Source of the DNA: an uncultured Bacteroidales bacterium
Lineage (GTDB): Bacteria > Bacteroidota > Bacteroidia > Bacteroidales > UBA3663
DNA: 37,845 bases
Assembly (NCBI GenBank): GCA_902776605.1
Contig: CACYQQ010000005.1
Coordinates: 1-37,845 of the forward strand
Reading direction: 5' to 3'
In this document: in pieces, positions 1 to 9,309 of the stretch
Numbering within the stretch: the first letter of the stretch is position 1
Layout: each line of letters opens with the position of its first letter
Position numbers and translations under genes: made by a program
Notes under the pieces: generated by a model
Seen by the model: only the letters and a program-made list of their open reading frames with translations
Database searches by the model: none
Told to the model about the DNA's origin: nothing

Positions 1-2
1 GC

Positions 3-914
3 GGACAAATGTCGCGCGACATGACGCTCTATGTGGATGACGACGGCAAGGCCTATCACATCTTTTCGTCGGAAGACAACCTCACGTTGCACATTGCAGA
101 ACTGACTGACGACTACCTGCACCATTCGGGAAGATATACTCGTGTGGCACCAGCTGGGCACAATGAAGCGCCCGCCATCTTCAAACGCAATGGCACCTAC
201 TGGATGATTACGTCGGGGTGCACAGGTTGGGCACCCAATGCGGCAAGAATGTTCTCTGCCTCAAGCATTTGGGGACCTTGGACGCAACACCCCAACCCCT
301 GCATCGGCCCGAATGCCGACAAGACGTTCGGTGGTCAGAGCACCTTCATCCTTCCCCTTGGCAATGACCAATATCTCTTCATGGCCGACATTTGGCGTCC
401 GAAACATCCCAGCGATGCCCGATATATCTGGTTGCCCATTGAATTTGAGGAGGAGAAACCCAAGCTCATCTGGCGTGACGCATGGAATTTAGAAATGAGC
501 AGTTGGCTGTTTCTTGACGAAGAACCTCTATTCCGTTCTGAGAAACCAACAGAGAAAACTGTAAAGGTACCTTATAGTGCTAAAATAATCCAAGACCAGT
601 TCTATATCAAGAAAGTTAAAAAGCAAAAATACAAGTACGTCCACAAGGACGTAAAAATGCCCAAATACCATATAGCAGTATATGCTGAACTTGACGGCGA
701 AATGTATAAAATCGTTGGCAAGCCTGACTCTCTTATTGAAACATTAAAGAAACATCATTCCTACAAGATGAGCATTAAACGGTTTTATCCAATGCCGGGA
801 GAGATGTACAACTGCCTAATAGGCAATGTTAATGGTATTCCTGTTGAAATCAATAAAGGAATATGGGAACTTTATACATTGGTCAACATATTTGATACTA
901 TTGCGGTCAGGTAA
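3..914 (+). CDS. GH43 glycoside hydrolase (GH43_24-like, exo-beta-1,3-galactanase type), 5'-truncated by the window, with an unrelated ~140-aa C-terminal extension
   Basis: Motifs GQMSRDMTLYVD, HNEAPA, SGCTGWAPN, TFGGQST and ARYIWLP typical of GH43 beta-propellers; the frame is open from the window start. Confidence 0.85.
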   Translation, partial: GQMSRDMTLYVDDDGKAYHIFSSEDNLTLHIAELTDDYLHHSGRYTRVAPAGHNEAPAIFKRNGTYWMITSGCTGWAPNAARMFSASSIWGPWTQHPNPCIGPNADKTFGGQSTFILPLGNDQYLFMADIWRPKHPSDARYIWLPIEFEEEKPKLIWRDAWNLEMSSWLFLDEEPLFRSEKPTEKTVKVPYSAKIIQDQFYIKKVKKQKYKYVHKDVKMPKYHIAVYAELDGEMYKIVGKPDSLIETLKKHHSYKMSIKRFYPMPGEMYNCLIGNVNGIPVEINKGIWELYTLVNIFDTIAVR

Positions 915-1070
915 AAGATAGATATATTTGAAAATCTCATACAAAAAAAAAAGTAATAGGGTTTCAATCTGTCAAAGAACGTTTTCGCTAAGCCATAGAC
1001 AGAAAACTTGTTTTATGTTATGGCGAGAAAATGTCTGTCGAAAGACGAACGTTTTCTTTTTTTCGCGGTG

Positions 1071-1078
1071 CAAAGATA
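1071..1078 (-). promoter_or_regulatory. Bacteroidetes sigma-A -7 box (TATCTTTG), apparently orphan
   Basis: caaagata on + strand; a + strand TAACTTTG lies adjacent at 1085-1092. Confidence 0.45.
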
Positions 1079-1321
1079 CGACATTAACTTTGCGGATTTC
1101 ACAATTTGTCCCAACTTTTTTCAAAAAAATTTCATAGCACCTCCAGAAACGGTGAACGATTCGTTCTCCCCCTTGTGATAGAATCCTATTTACAACGGGA
1201 AAAAATGGGTGTCATGAGTGTCATTATTATTGTTTGTTTTGACGCCCAATGGTTGAAAGAAAAAGTATCTATGGAAATAAGGCAAGTGTAAAATATTTTT
1301 TCTATTGGCCAGCCCTTCGGT

Positions 1322-1365
1322 GAGCCTATTATGAGGTTATTATGTGCCTATTATGTGCTCTTTAT
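1322..1365. repeat. 4 x 11-bp imperfect tandem repeat
   Basis: gagcctattat / gaggttattat / gtgcctattat / gtgctctttat. Confidence 0.7.
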
Positions 1366-1479
1366 GATAGAAAGAATAGGAAATGACTATGAAACTGGGC
1401 TTTTGACAGAAAAAACATCTGGAGACAAATAAGACTCGATATTTTGTCTTAAAGAGTTTTAGCGGGAAGCAACAATTGG

Positions 1480-1911
1480 CTATTGTCTTATTGAAGGGAT
1501 TATTATCCTCTCACATGACTTGCTTATTAAGTGTTCATTGAATTTAATCGAAACAGACGTTGTCTCATTTGATGGTTTCAACCTACTCTTTTCGCCCTCA
1601 TCTATATGATAAAACACACAAAACGCAATCACAATCATGGCAGGCAGGAGAATGTAAGGAATCGGATTCTTCAACCATTGAGAAAGACGAAAACCAAAGG
1701 CCAAAGACAAAAACACTAACCCTGGATAGCAAACAATGATGAAATGCATCCACTCACGACAAGTCTCATCCAGGGGTGATTGAATAGGATAATCAAGCAT
1801 AAACCCTGACATGAAAAGTGCGAGAGGCCAAAAAAGCAAGGACACCATCCACAAAAAGAAATAAGCTTTCTGCCACTCGGAAGGTGTTCCTCCTAAAATG
1901 AATTTCATCAT
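1480..1911 (-). CDS. Hypothetical membrane protein (about 3 TM helices)
   Basis: 143-aa ORF with three hydrophobic segments, 12 bp downstream of the DHHW gene on the same strand. Confidence 0.65.
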   Translation of the reverse strand: MMKFILGGTPSEWQKAYFFLWMVSLLFWPLALFMSGFMLDYPIQSPLDETCREWMHFIIVCYPGLVFLSLAFGFRLSQWLKNPIPYILLPAMIVIAFCVFYHIDEGEKSRLKPSNETTSVSIKFNEHLISKSCERIIIPSIRQ

Positions 1912-1923
1912 AATTGAACCTAA

Positions 1924-3222
1924 CTACAACTTTATGGATGGAAAGAATTCGGTTCCTCCGTATACACCAATATTACCAAAGAACAGTACTATATCAATCT
2001 TATTTTTTCGAATATAATCATCAATTACGAAAGGCGCATTTGTATGTCGTTCAAAATGTCGAAGGTCGACAGAATACATCTTGTGAAAATGTCCTGCCAA
2101 TAGTTTTAATACAGCATTGTCATAACTATCACCTATAATCAAGAGATTTGGGCGATCAGTTCTTTCGGTTTCAAAAACCAATTCTCCTATATCGATACCA
2201 TAAACGAATCCGTATGAGAGCCAATCATTTATCGTAGAATCCTGATTATGAAGCACCTTATCCTCATTGCCATACTCAAAGGGTTCTCCGTCACGATAGA
2301 TTTTCATAGGACTATAATTGAATCGATAGACATACATTTTGCCAGAGAACAAGCCTGTTGTTCCTGTCATCCTGGATTTTGACTCATGGTATTTAGTTGC
2401 CACCAATACAGCACGAGCGCCATCTGTTTCAACAGGAGGATTGTCATCCACCCAGAATGACATCGAGTCATCGGGAGCAACTGGTCTCATGAGTGACTCC
2501 CCTTGTTCATCAAGTTTCAACAAGTGGAAAACATCCTTATATCCTTGATAGGAACCAAAGCATTGCCAATGATGATCGGCTTGATAGAAGAAACGGCAAT
2601 ATTGATCAAAATCATTAATTTCCAATCGAGAAATATGATCCATTTGCAAAGAGGCCAAAGACCGCAAAGATTCGTAATAAGAGGATTTCCTATTGTCATC
2701 GAACTTGCAATCATCATCTTTTTGTACATAATAAAGATAGAATTGGGTCTGAGGATTTCTTTCAATAATGGAATTGATTATTTGAGATGTCCGCTTAATA
2801 TTGTCAATTCGGAACTGTCGTTTGTCATCCAATTTGTACAGCAGATATAGATTTGAACTATCCCCATACAGATAAAGATTGTTCCTGAAGTGGACATAAT
2901 AATCTGAGAAATTGTACGAATTTTCCTGAAAGTCAAGCAATCTGGAATAACGACGTTGGTAGTAGAGAATTTTCGCAGTAATAACATAAGGAAGATAGTC
3001 TGAAAGAGCTGAATTAAATTGCTTCTGATAGTTTCCGTCCAGCCATTCCTCATTATCCCATTCAGGGAAAGCTGCCTCACTCCTATTTTCAAATTTTCTG
3101 AAGTAAGGTTTCTCTCCCCGAAAGAGAGCGGCCACACCAAATGTTGCCAAGACAGCCAACAGAGACACTGGAAGCAATATCTGCAATACTTTTATATAAG
3201 TATCTTTATTGAAACCTAACAT
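1924..3222 (-). CDS. DHHW-family protein (AlgJ/AlgX-like O-acetyltransferase partner)
   Basis: N-terminal TM anchor, ENR motif, YQADHHW motif, LLIIGDSY SGNH-like motif; follows the MBOAT gene. Confidence 0.85.
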   Translation of the reverse strand: MLGFNKDTYIKVLQILLPVSLLAVLATFGVAALFRGEKPYFRKFENRSEAAFPEWDNEEWLDGNYQKQFNSALSDYLPYVITAKILYYQRRYSRLLDFQENSYNFSDYYVHFRNNLYLYGDSSNLYLLYKLDDKRQFRIDNIKRTSQIINSIIERNPQTQFYLYYVQKDDDCKFDDNRKSSYYESLRSLASLQMDHISRLEINDFDQYCRFFYQADHHWQCFGSYQGYKDVFHLLKLDEQGESLMRPVAPDDSMSFWVDDNPPVETDGARAVLVATKYHESKSRMTGTTGLFSGKMYVYRFNYSPMKIYRDGEPFEYGNEDKVLHNQDSTINDWLSYGFVYGIDIGELVFETERTDRPNLLIIGDSYDNAVLKLLAGHFHKMYSVDLRHFERHTNAPFVIDDYIRKNKIDIVLFFGNIGVYGGTEFFPSIKL

Positions 3223-3273
3223 ATTCGCTAATTTTGTAAAGACTGAACTTTGACTACATCTTAATTCGTCATA

Positions 3274-4815
3274 TTAAAACCTAAAATAGATAAAAGGATG
3301 AAATGACGAACTGTAAATAAACACGATGCACAGTATCAATAACAGAATGGCAAAAACTGGTCGCAAAGTCTGAAGTATGATATTCTGACTATTGCTCATA
3401 AAGGAGAACACAGGGAAGGAGAACAAAACGCCCAATAGGATATAAGGCAGCGACAGATATATATCAGAATCAACCGCGAAAAGACGCAACCAATCAGTAG
3501 GATGCCAACTGATCATAGTATATAATACTCGAAGGATGTCGCCCATGCTGGTAACATGGAATAGCACCCAACCTATATTGACGATAGCAAAAGTAATTGT
3601 CCATCGAACTCCCGAAAATGCCATTTGGAGAACTGTATTGCCTGTCGAAGAGTCCTCTTCCGAATAAGGCAAATGCAAAACTCTATGGAATGTGGTGCGG
3701 ATTTGACTGGATTTCCACATCTTCTCGATAGTCAGCAAGACTCCATAGTAAAGACCCCAAAGAACAAAATTCCACGCAGCACCATGCCACAAACCAGTAA
3801 GCATCCAAACGACCATGATATTAAACAATTGGCGTAGCAGCCCTCGGCGATTACCTCCTAAAGGGATATAGACATAGTCGCGAAACCACCCAGACAAAGA
3901 GATATGCCAACGACGCCAGAATTCTGTAATGGAGCTCGAAATATAAGGGTAGTTGAAGTTCTCCAGGAAGTGGAAGCCAAATATTTGTCCCAGACCTATA
4001 GCCATATCACTGTAACCTGAGAAGTCAAAATAGAGTTGCAAAGTATATGCCAATGCGGCAACCCACATAGCTGTTGTACCTGTTATTTCATCTGTGCCAG
4101 AATTGATGTGTATGCCATATACGACATCAGAAAAGCGGGCAACATTGTCAGCTATAAGTATCTTTTTTGACAATCCAAAAATGAACCGCAATGTGCCTTC
4201 ATAGATATCGAGGGAGGTACTTTTTCTGGTAGTAAGCTCTTGTTCAACTGTACTGTATCGCACAATTGGTCCAGCAATGAGTTGTGGAAATAAGCTGACA
4301 TATAATAGCAACCGCAAGGGATTGCGTTGAACCTTAATACTACCACGATACAAGTCAATAATATAAGAAAGTATCTGGAATGTGAAGAAGCTGATGCCGA
4401 TAGGCAATCGCAAATCAATGACTGGTACGTCAATATGTGGAATTCTATTGACATTGGTTATCAGGAACCCCAAATACTTGAAAACACCGAGGGAAAGGAC
4501 GAGCAATGAAATGGTTACAACGGTCACAACAAACCCAGCCCGTTGTCCTCTCCAATGATCAAAAAGGAGGCCTCCTATCCATGCCACAAACGAGGAGCCC
4601 AACAGCAAAAGTACATAGACAGGTTCACCCCAAGCATAAAAGAAGAGTGAGGCAACCAACAAAACGGCATTGCGGCCTGTAGTGGACACGACTCTGGCAT
4701 CTTGGGAAACATCGTCTCTACCTGCCAACAGATTTTCTATTCCCCAAACGAGGAAATAGATTATCAATACGGCAGGTAAAAACAAGAAGAGAAATGTGGT
4801 TGTATCAAAAGACAT
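3274..4815 (-). CDS. MBOAT family O-acyltransferase (AlgI/DltB-like)
   Basis: LPIGISFFTFQ, FPQLIAGPIVRY, YFDFSGYSDMAIG, EFWRRWHISL, GLWHGA, C-terminal FIYFRF. Confidence 0.95.
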   Translation of the reverse strand: MSFDTTTFLFLFLPAVLIIYFLVWGIENLLAGRDDVSQDARVVSTTGRNAVLLVASLFFYAWGEPVYVLLLLGSSFVAWIGGLLFDHWRGQRAGFVVTVVTISLLVLSLGVFKYLGFLITNVNRIPHIDVPVIDLRLPIGISFFTFQILSYIIDLYRGSIKVQRNPLRLLLYVSLFPQLIAGPIVRYSTVEQELTTRKSTSLDIYEGTLRFIFGLSKKILIADNVARFSDVVYGIHINSGTDEITGTTAMWVAALAYTLQLYFDFSGYSDMAIGLGQIFGFHFLENFNYPYISSSITEFWRRWHISLSGWFRDYVYIPLGGNRRGLLRQLFNIMVVWMLTGLWHGAAWNFVLWGLYYGVLLTIEKMWKSSQIRTTFHRVLHLPYSEEDSSTGNTVLQMAFSGVRWTITFAIVNIGWVLFHVTSMGDILRVLYTMISWHPTDWLRLFAVDSDIYLSLPYILLGVLFSFPVFSFMSNSQNIILQTLRPVFAILLLILCIVFIYSSSFHPFIYFRF

Positions 4816-4866
4816 ACTTTACTAATAGATACTTCGCCCAAAAACTTAGGATTGAGTCAATTTCAA

Positions 4867-5346
4867 TTACCGTTCCCTCTCCCACACTTCAAAGGTGACG
4901 GGGTAGTCATTCTTCTCGTCGGCTGGTTGGTCCTGACTGGAAACAAGCTTAAAGCCCTGAGGCAGAGGGGGGATGACGGTATCATACTCCTCGATAACGG
5001 TGTGCACGCGAGTGATATAGAAACGGTCGGCCTTGTCCCATGCCTGAGCATAGATTTGCCCGCCGCCAATGACGAAAGCATCGTCGGGCACAGCGGCAAG
5101 AGCAGCATCGAGAGAGGGATAGAGTTCGACACCCTCGGGCAACTGCAAATCTGCCTGACGCGAGATGACGATGTTTCGACGACCCGGCAGGGCGCGCCCG
5201 ATGGACTCAAAATTCTTTCTGCCCATGATGATGGCGTGACCCATAGTGGTCTGTTTGAAATACTTGAGGTCGGCGGAAAGATGCCACGGCATTCCACCTT
5301 TATTCCCGATGACATTATTCTCGGAAGCGGCAACGATGATGGTCAT
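4867..5346 (-). CDS. folA: Dihydrofolate reductase
   Basis: IG..GGMPWHLSADL.YFK, IMGRKNFESI, LPGRRNIVISR, IGGGQIY. Confidence 0.97.
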   Translation of the reverse strand: MTIIVAASENNVIGNKGGMPWHLSADLKYFKQTTMGHAIIMGRKNFESIGRALPGRRNIVISRQADLQLPEGVELYPSLDAALAAVPDDAFVIGGGQIYAQAWDKADRFYITRVHTVIEEYDTVIPPLPQGFKLVSSQDQPADEKNDYPVTFEVWERER

Positions 5347-5352
5347 AATAGT

Positions 5353-5487
5353 GAAGGTTATGAGGTTGTGAGGTCGCTATGCTGGTGAGGTTATTAGGTT
5401 GCGAGGTTTTCCCTTAGAGGCATCGTTTTTGACATCTGAAGGTAACCTACCTTAAAACCTCAAGACCTCACAACCTAATAACCTAAT
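5353..5487. repeat. Inverted pair of 8-bp tandem-repeat arrays (TGAGGTTN ... NAACCTCA)
   Basis: tgaggttg/tgaggtcg/attaggtt/gcgaggtt on the left; aacctcaa/gacctcac/aacctaat/aacctaat on the right. Confidence 0.8.
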
Positions 5488-5490
5488 GAA

Positions 5491-6792
5491 TCATTCTACA
5501 TACAGCACCAATCCCTTCAGGTACTCGCCCTCGGGGTGATAGATGTTGATAGGGTGGTCGGCGGGTTGGTGGAGTTGGTGCAGGATACGCACACGACGAC
5601 CAGTCTGAGCAGCAGCCGAGAAGACGGCACAGCGGAAATCGTCCTTGGTGACCACCTGGCTGCATGAGAAAGTGAAGAGGATGCCGCCTGGACGAATCTT
5701 CTCCAAGGCCTTGGCATTGAGGCGCTGATAACCGCGTAGGGCGTTGCGGAGCACGTTTTTGTGCTTGGCAAAAGCGGGCGGATCGAGGATAATCAAGTCG
5801 TAAGGCAAGTAACCCTCGGCATCAGGTTCAAGTCCAGCGCCGAAACGTTGTGGATTGTCCAAAAAGTCAAACGCATCGGCAGCAAAGGCCTGGTGACGTG
5901 CATCGCCCGGGAAGTTCAGTTCGACATTGGCCTGAGTGAACGAGATGGCTTGCTTCGACACATCAACCGAGTGCACCAACTGAGCATTGCTGCGCATGGC
6001 ATAGAACGAGAAACCACCGGTGTAGCAGAACATATTGAGCACCTTGCGGCCTGCCGAATACTTCTCGACCAAGGCGCGGTTCTCGCGTTGATCGACGAAG
6101 AAGCCCGTCTTCTGGCCCTTCAACCAATCGACGTGGAACTTCAAACCGTTCTCCAAAGCAACATCGCTGATGCTGTTCTCCAACTGCTTGCCTTGGGCGG
6201 CCGACTCGACTTTCTTGCCGTCGATGATGAGGTAGCCATTGACAGACTCACCCTCAGCCTCTGCCGCCTGACGTGCCTCGGTCTTGTAGCCGAGGGTGGT
6301 CTCCGACTTGTAATAGACGTTGCGGATGTCGGCTCCGGCCACACGGATCAGGTCTTCGGCCAACGCCTCACGGATGTCATGGATGCCAGGCGTATGTGCC
6401 TGCATCACGGCGGTGCCGTCATAGACGTCGATGATGAGGCCTGGCAAACCGTCGCCCTCGCCGTGCACCAAACGGAACGCGTTATTGTCGGGGCGAATCA
6501 ATCCCAACGTGCGGCGCAGGTCGTAGGCCGACTGCAATCGGCGCAAGAAGAACTCATCGTCCATCTCGTCTTCCTCAAAACTGAACACGCGCACAGCTAT
6601 CGACCCTATCTGATATTGGCCCAATGCCAGGAACTCGCCGGCGTCGCTCACCACGCGAACCCATTCGCCCTCAGCCGGTTGCACCTCGTTGCCGAACTCG
6701 TCCTCCATACGGAAGATGGCTCCCGAGAATACCCAAGGATGAAACCTCTTGAGGCTCTCCTCCTTATGATGTTTTAAGATGATTGTTGTCAT
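5491..6792 (-). CDS. rlmI: RlmI-family 23S rRNA m5C SAM-dependent methyltransferase
   Basis: PUA-like HPWVFSGAI, GEGDGLPGL, GQKTGFFVDQRENR, LNMFCYTGGF, ILDPPAF, FSCS, EGEYLKG. Confidence 0.92.
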   Translation of the reverse strand: MTTIILKHHKEESLKRFHPWVFSGAIFRMEDEFGNEVQPAEGEWVRVVSDAGEFLALGQYQIGSIAVRVFSFEEDEMDDEFFLRRLQSAYDLRRTLGLIRPDNNAFRLVHGEGDGLPGLIIDVYDGTAVMQAHTPGIHDIREALAEDLIRVAGADIRNVYYKSETTLGYKTEARQAAEAEGESVNGYLIIDGKKVESAAQGKQLENSISDVALENGLKFHVDWLKGQKTGFFVDQRENRALVEKYSAGRKVLNMFCYTGGFSFYAMRSNAQLVHSVDVSKQAISFTQANVELNFPGDARHQAFAADAFDFLDNPQRFGAGLEPDAEGYLPYDLIILDPPAFAKHKNVLRNALRGYQRLNAKALEKIRPGGILFTFSCSQVVTKDDFRCAVFSAAAQTGRRVRILHQLHQPADHPINIYHPEGEYLKGLVLYVE

Positions 6793-6834
6793 ATATACTT
6801 TATTATTTGATTTCTATTTTTTGGTCAATATCCC

Positions 6835-8478
6835 TCAGTTGAACCACACATACAGCGCCACCATCACCACGGCAAGGGCAATCCACGATGCCCAGACACT
6901 GGGCTGCATCGGTTCTTGGATGCAACGCATGTCCTGTCGGTGGCGAGGCGACTTGTCGCACAGGCTGATGATGACCATCGAAACAATCAGCAGCACAAAG
7001 AGATAGAACGACAGGAGCATGAAGTGCGGCCAACGGATGACACCTGTCACCAGACCGAACTCGGCCGACATCACGGAGGCTGGAATCACTCCATCGGGCA
7101 TGGCGTAATAAAGTATGCCCACCAGGAGACACACCGCCGTGCCGAAGGTCAACGTCAGGTTGGCAGCCAACGGAGTGCAACGTTTCCAGAAGACGCCCAT
7201 CACGAAGACGGCAGCCATGGGCGGAGCGATGAACGAGAGCACCGACTGGAAGATATTGAACAACGGAATATCCTGAATGAGGTCGATTGCCACGCAGATG
7301 ACGATGCTCACCAGGGCACCCAGGATGGTGACAATGTGCGACGTGCGACGAATCTGTACCTCGTCGGCCTCCTGCTGGAAGTTCTTGACGTAGATGTCCA
7401 TAGTAAAGACCGTCGAGAGGGCATTGAGCGCCGAACCGATGGTCGAAACCAAGGCCGCAGTGAGTACCGCCAACACCAACCCCACCATGCCGACGGGGAA
7501 GAGATGGGTCACCATGAACATATACGAATCGTCGGCCTGCGGGGTCTGCTCGAAGACTCCCGTCTTGCAAAGGGCAAAGCAGACGATGCCGGGAATGATA
7601 TAGATAGCAACGTCCAATATCTTGAGCCAACCGCAGAAGTTGGCGCCTTTCTGTCCCTCACGCAACGAACGGGCAGCCAAAACGGGTTGCACCATGCTCT
7701 GGTCGGTGCACCAGAACCAGATGCCCATCACGGGGTAGCCCAACAGGATGGGCAACCACGGGAAATCGGGGTCCGAGAGCGGTTGGAAGAGGTTCCAATA
7801 GTGCACCGGCACAATGTCGGGGTTGGCCAATTGGTCAATGCCTCCCACGAACGAGCCGTCGCCCAACTTGACGATGCCCGCCAGGGTAAGCACGGTCGAG
7901 ACCACAATGAGCAACGTCATCTGATAAACATTGGTATAGGCCACCGCCCTCAACCCGCCCAACATCGTGAAGAAGGCTGAGATGGCCAACAGCAACAGCG
8001 CCGACCAGAACATCGGGATGCCGAACAACTGTCGGATGAGCACGCCTCCGGCGAACAGCGTCAGCGCCAACCACGAGATCAGGATAGTCACAATGGTGTA
8101 CCACGCCAACATCGTCCGCGTCGATGACCCGAACCGCCGTCCCATGAACTCCGGCAGTGTCGAGATTCCCTCCCCTAAGTACCTGGGAGCGAAGACGAAA
8201 GCCAACAGGGCGATGAAGACAAACGCATACCACGCATAGTTGCCCGACACCACTCCGGCTGCAAAACCGCTGGAGCACGACGCTATCAACATCGACGGCC
8301 CCACATTGGTACCCCACATGCTGAGTCCGATGTGGTGCCAACTGAGCGACCGACTGGCCAGGAAGGCACCCTTACCCCCCTGCTTCTGCTGGCGCGATGC
8401 CCACAATCCGATGGCGAGCAGCACCACGAAATAGATGGCCAAGATGGCCCAATCGACAAAATGCAGTTGCGATGTCAT
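6835..8478 (-). CDS. Sodium:solute symporter (SSS/SLC5 sugar type)
   Basis: Many TM helices; TLPEFMGRRFG, GGLRAVAYT, WFWCTDQSMVQ motifs. Confidence 0.95.
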   Translation of the reverse strand: MTSQLHFVDWAILAIYFVVLLAIGLWASRQQKQGGKGAFLASRSLSWHHIGLSMWGTNVGPSMLIASCSSGFAAGVVSGNYAWYAFVFIALLAFVFAPRYLGEGISTLPEFMGRRFGSSTRTMLAWYTIVTILISWLALTLFAGGVLIRQLFGIPMFWSALLLLAISAFFTMLGGLRAVAYTNVYQMTLLIVVSTVLTLAGIVKLGDGSFVGGIDQLANPDIVPVHYWNLFQPLSDPDFPWLPILLGYPVMGIWFWCTDQSMVQPVLAARSLREGQKGANFCGWLKILDVAIYIIPGIVCFALCKTGVFEQTPQADDSYMFMVTHLFPVGMVGLVLAVLTAALVSTIGSALNALSTVFTMDIYVKNFQQEADEVQIRRTSHIVTILGALVSIVICVAIDLIQDIPLFNIFQSVLSFIAPPMAAVFVMGVFWKRCTPLAANLTLTFGTAVCLLVGILYYAMPDGVIPASVMSAEFGLVTGVIRWPHFMLLSFYLFVLLIVSMVIISLCDKSPRHRQDMRCIQEPMQPSVWASWIALAVVMVALYVWFN

Positions 8479-8579
8479 AATTTACTTTTGTCTTTCAGCT
8501 AGTTGAACTGCGGTCATCTGGAGACACGTCTGGTGACCAATTGTCCCCACTACGGACATTGACCTTGATAATCAACTTG

Positions 8580-8587
8580 CAAATATA
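8580..8587 (-). promoter_or_regulatory. -7 promoter box (TATATTTG) for the symporter
   Basis: caaatata on + strand, about 100 bp upstream of the ATG. Confidence 0.6.
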
Positions 8588-9031
8588 ATAAAAAAGAGCT
8601 ACATCTTCGAGTTTTGTTGGCAATTTATGCAATAATCGCTGAATAATTCGATTAAATCGCTGAAAATGCTCCTATGACAAGCCTTATTTCGAAGCTATTA
8701 TTCCCTTTGTGCGCCCCGTTTTCATCCCCGTTGGGCGACTACCGACGGGAGATTCCGTCTCCAAGTGGAATTTTCTGCTCCAACGCCTCACGCCAGGAAT
8801 ATTTTTCCAATAAGCACACCGAAGGAGCATAATTCCCTCACCGTAGGCGCATAAAAGGAAGAGCGAAAGACAAAATTTCTACACTTACCGAATCTTCTTA
8901 GTCAAATATTCTGCTCCCGCAGTTGTATTCAATTCGGTGTCACAGGTGTCATTATGGGCCTTAGTCATTAAGGTCATTAACGCTACAATCATCTACTTCT
9001 CCTCCCCCTTCCCTCCCTTTGACTTTCTACC

Positions 9032-9082
9032 GACCTTCTCCCTTCTTGCTCCCTTTAAAAGGCAGCAAGAAGGCAGAAGGTC
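9032..9082. repeat. Imperfect palindrome; copy 1 of a dispersed 39-bp repeat
   Basis: gaccttctcccttcttgctccctttaaaaggcagcaagaaggcagaaggtc; 37/39 identical to 28700-28738. Confidence 0.8.
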
Positions 9083-9191
9083 AACCTCAAACCAACCATA
9101 GATCAACGGGAGCAGAATAGGATGAAAGGAGTATCGAGCCATTCAAAATGGAGTCTCTTCAGTCCTTATTGATTATCAGCCTATTAAATAC

Positions 9192-9257
9192 TTATCAAAT
9201 AGTTATCCATAGAGTTATCAACATAGTTATGAACAAAATTGTTAATAACTATTCACA
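9192..9257. promoter_or_regulatory. Cluster of DnaA-box-like 9-mers
   Basis: ttatcaaat, ttatccata, ttatcaaca, ttatgaaca at 11-12 bp spacing, then inverted tgttaataa and ctattcaca; consensus is TTATCCACA. Confidence 0.5.
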
Positions 9258-9274
9258 AAAATACACCCAAACCC

Positions 9275-9305
9275 TTGGATATTTCCCTGAAATACAGTAT
9301 ATTTG
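9275..9305 (+). promoter_or_regulatory. Bacteroidetes promoter (TTG-N20-TATATTTG)
   Basis: Canonical -33/-7 boxes and spacing upstream of the structured leader. Confidence 0.75.
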
Positions 9306-9309
9306 CCGC

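Noticed and set aside
8479-8573. Possible SAM riboswitch in the symporter leader (ttatcaag…, …tagctgaaag)
   Set aside because: Hairpins are present, but SAM-I and SAM-II core elements could not be matched; needs an Infernal scan
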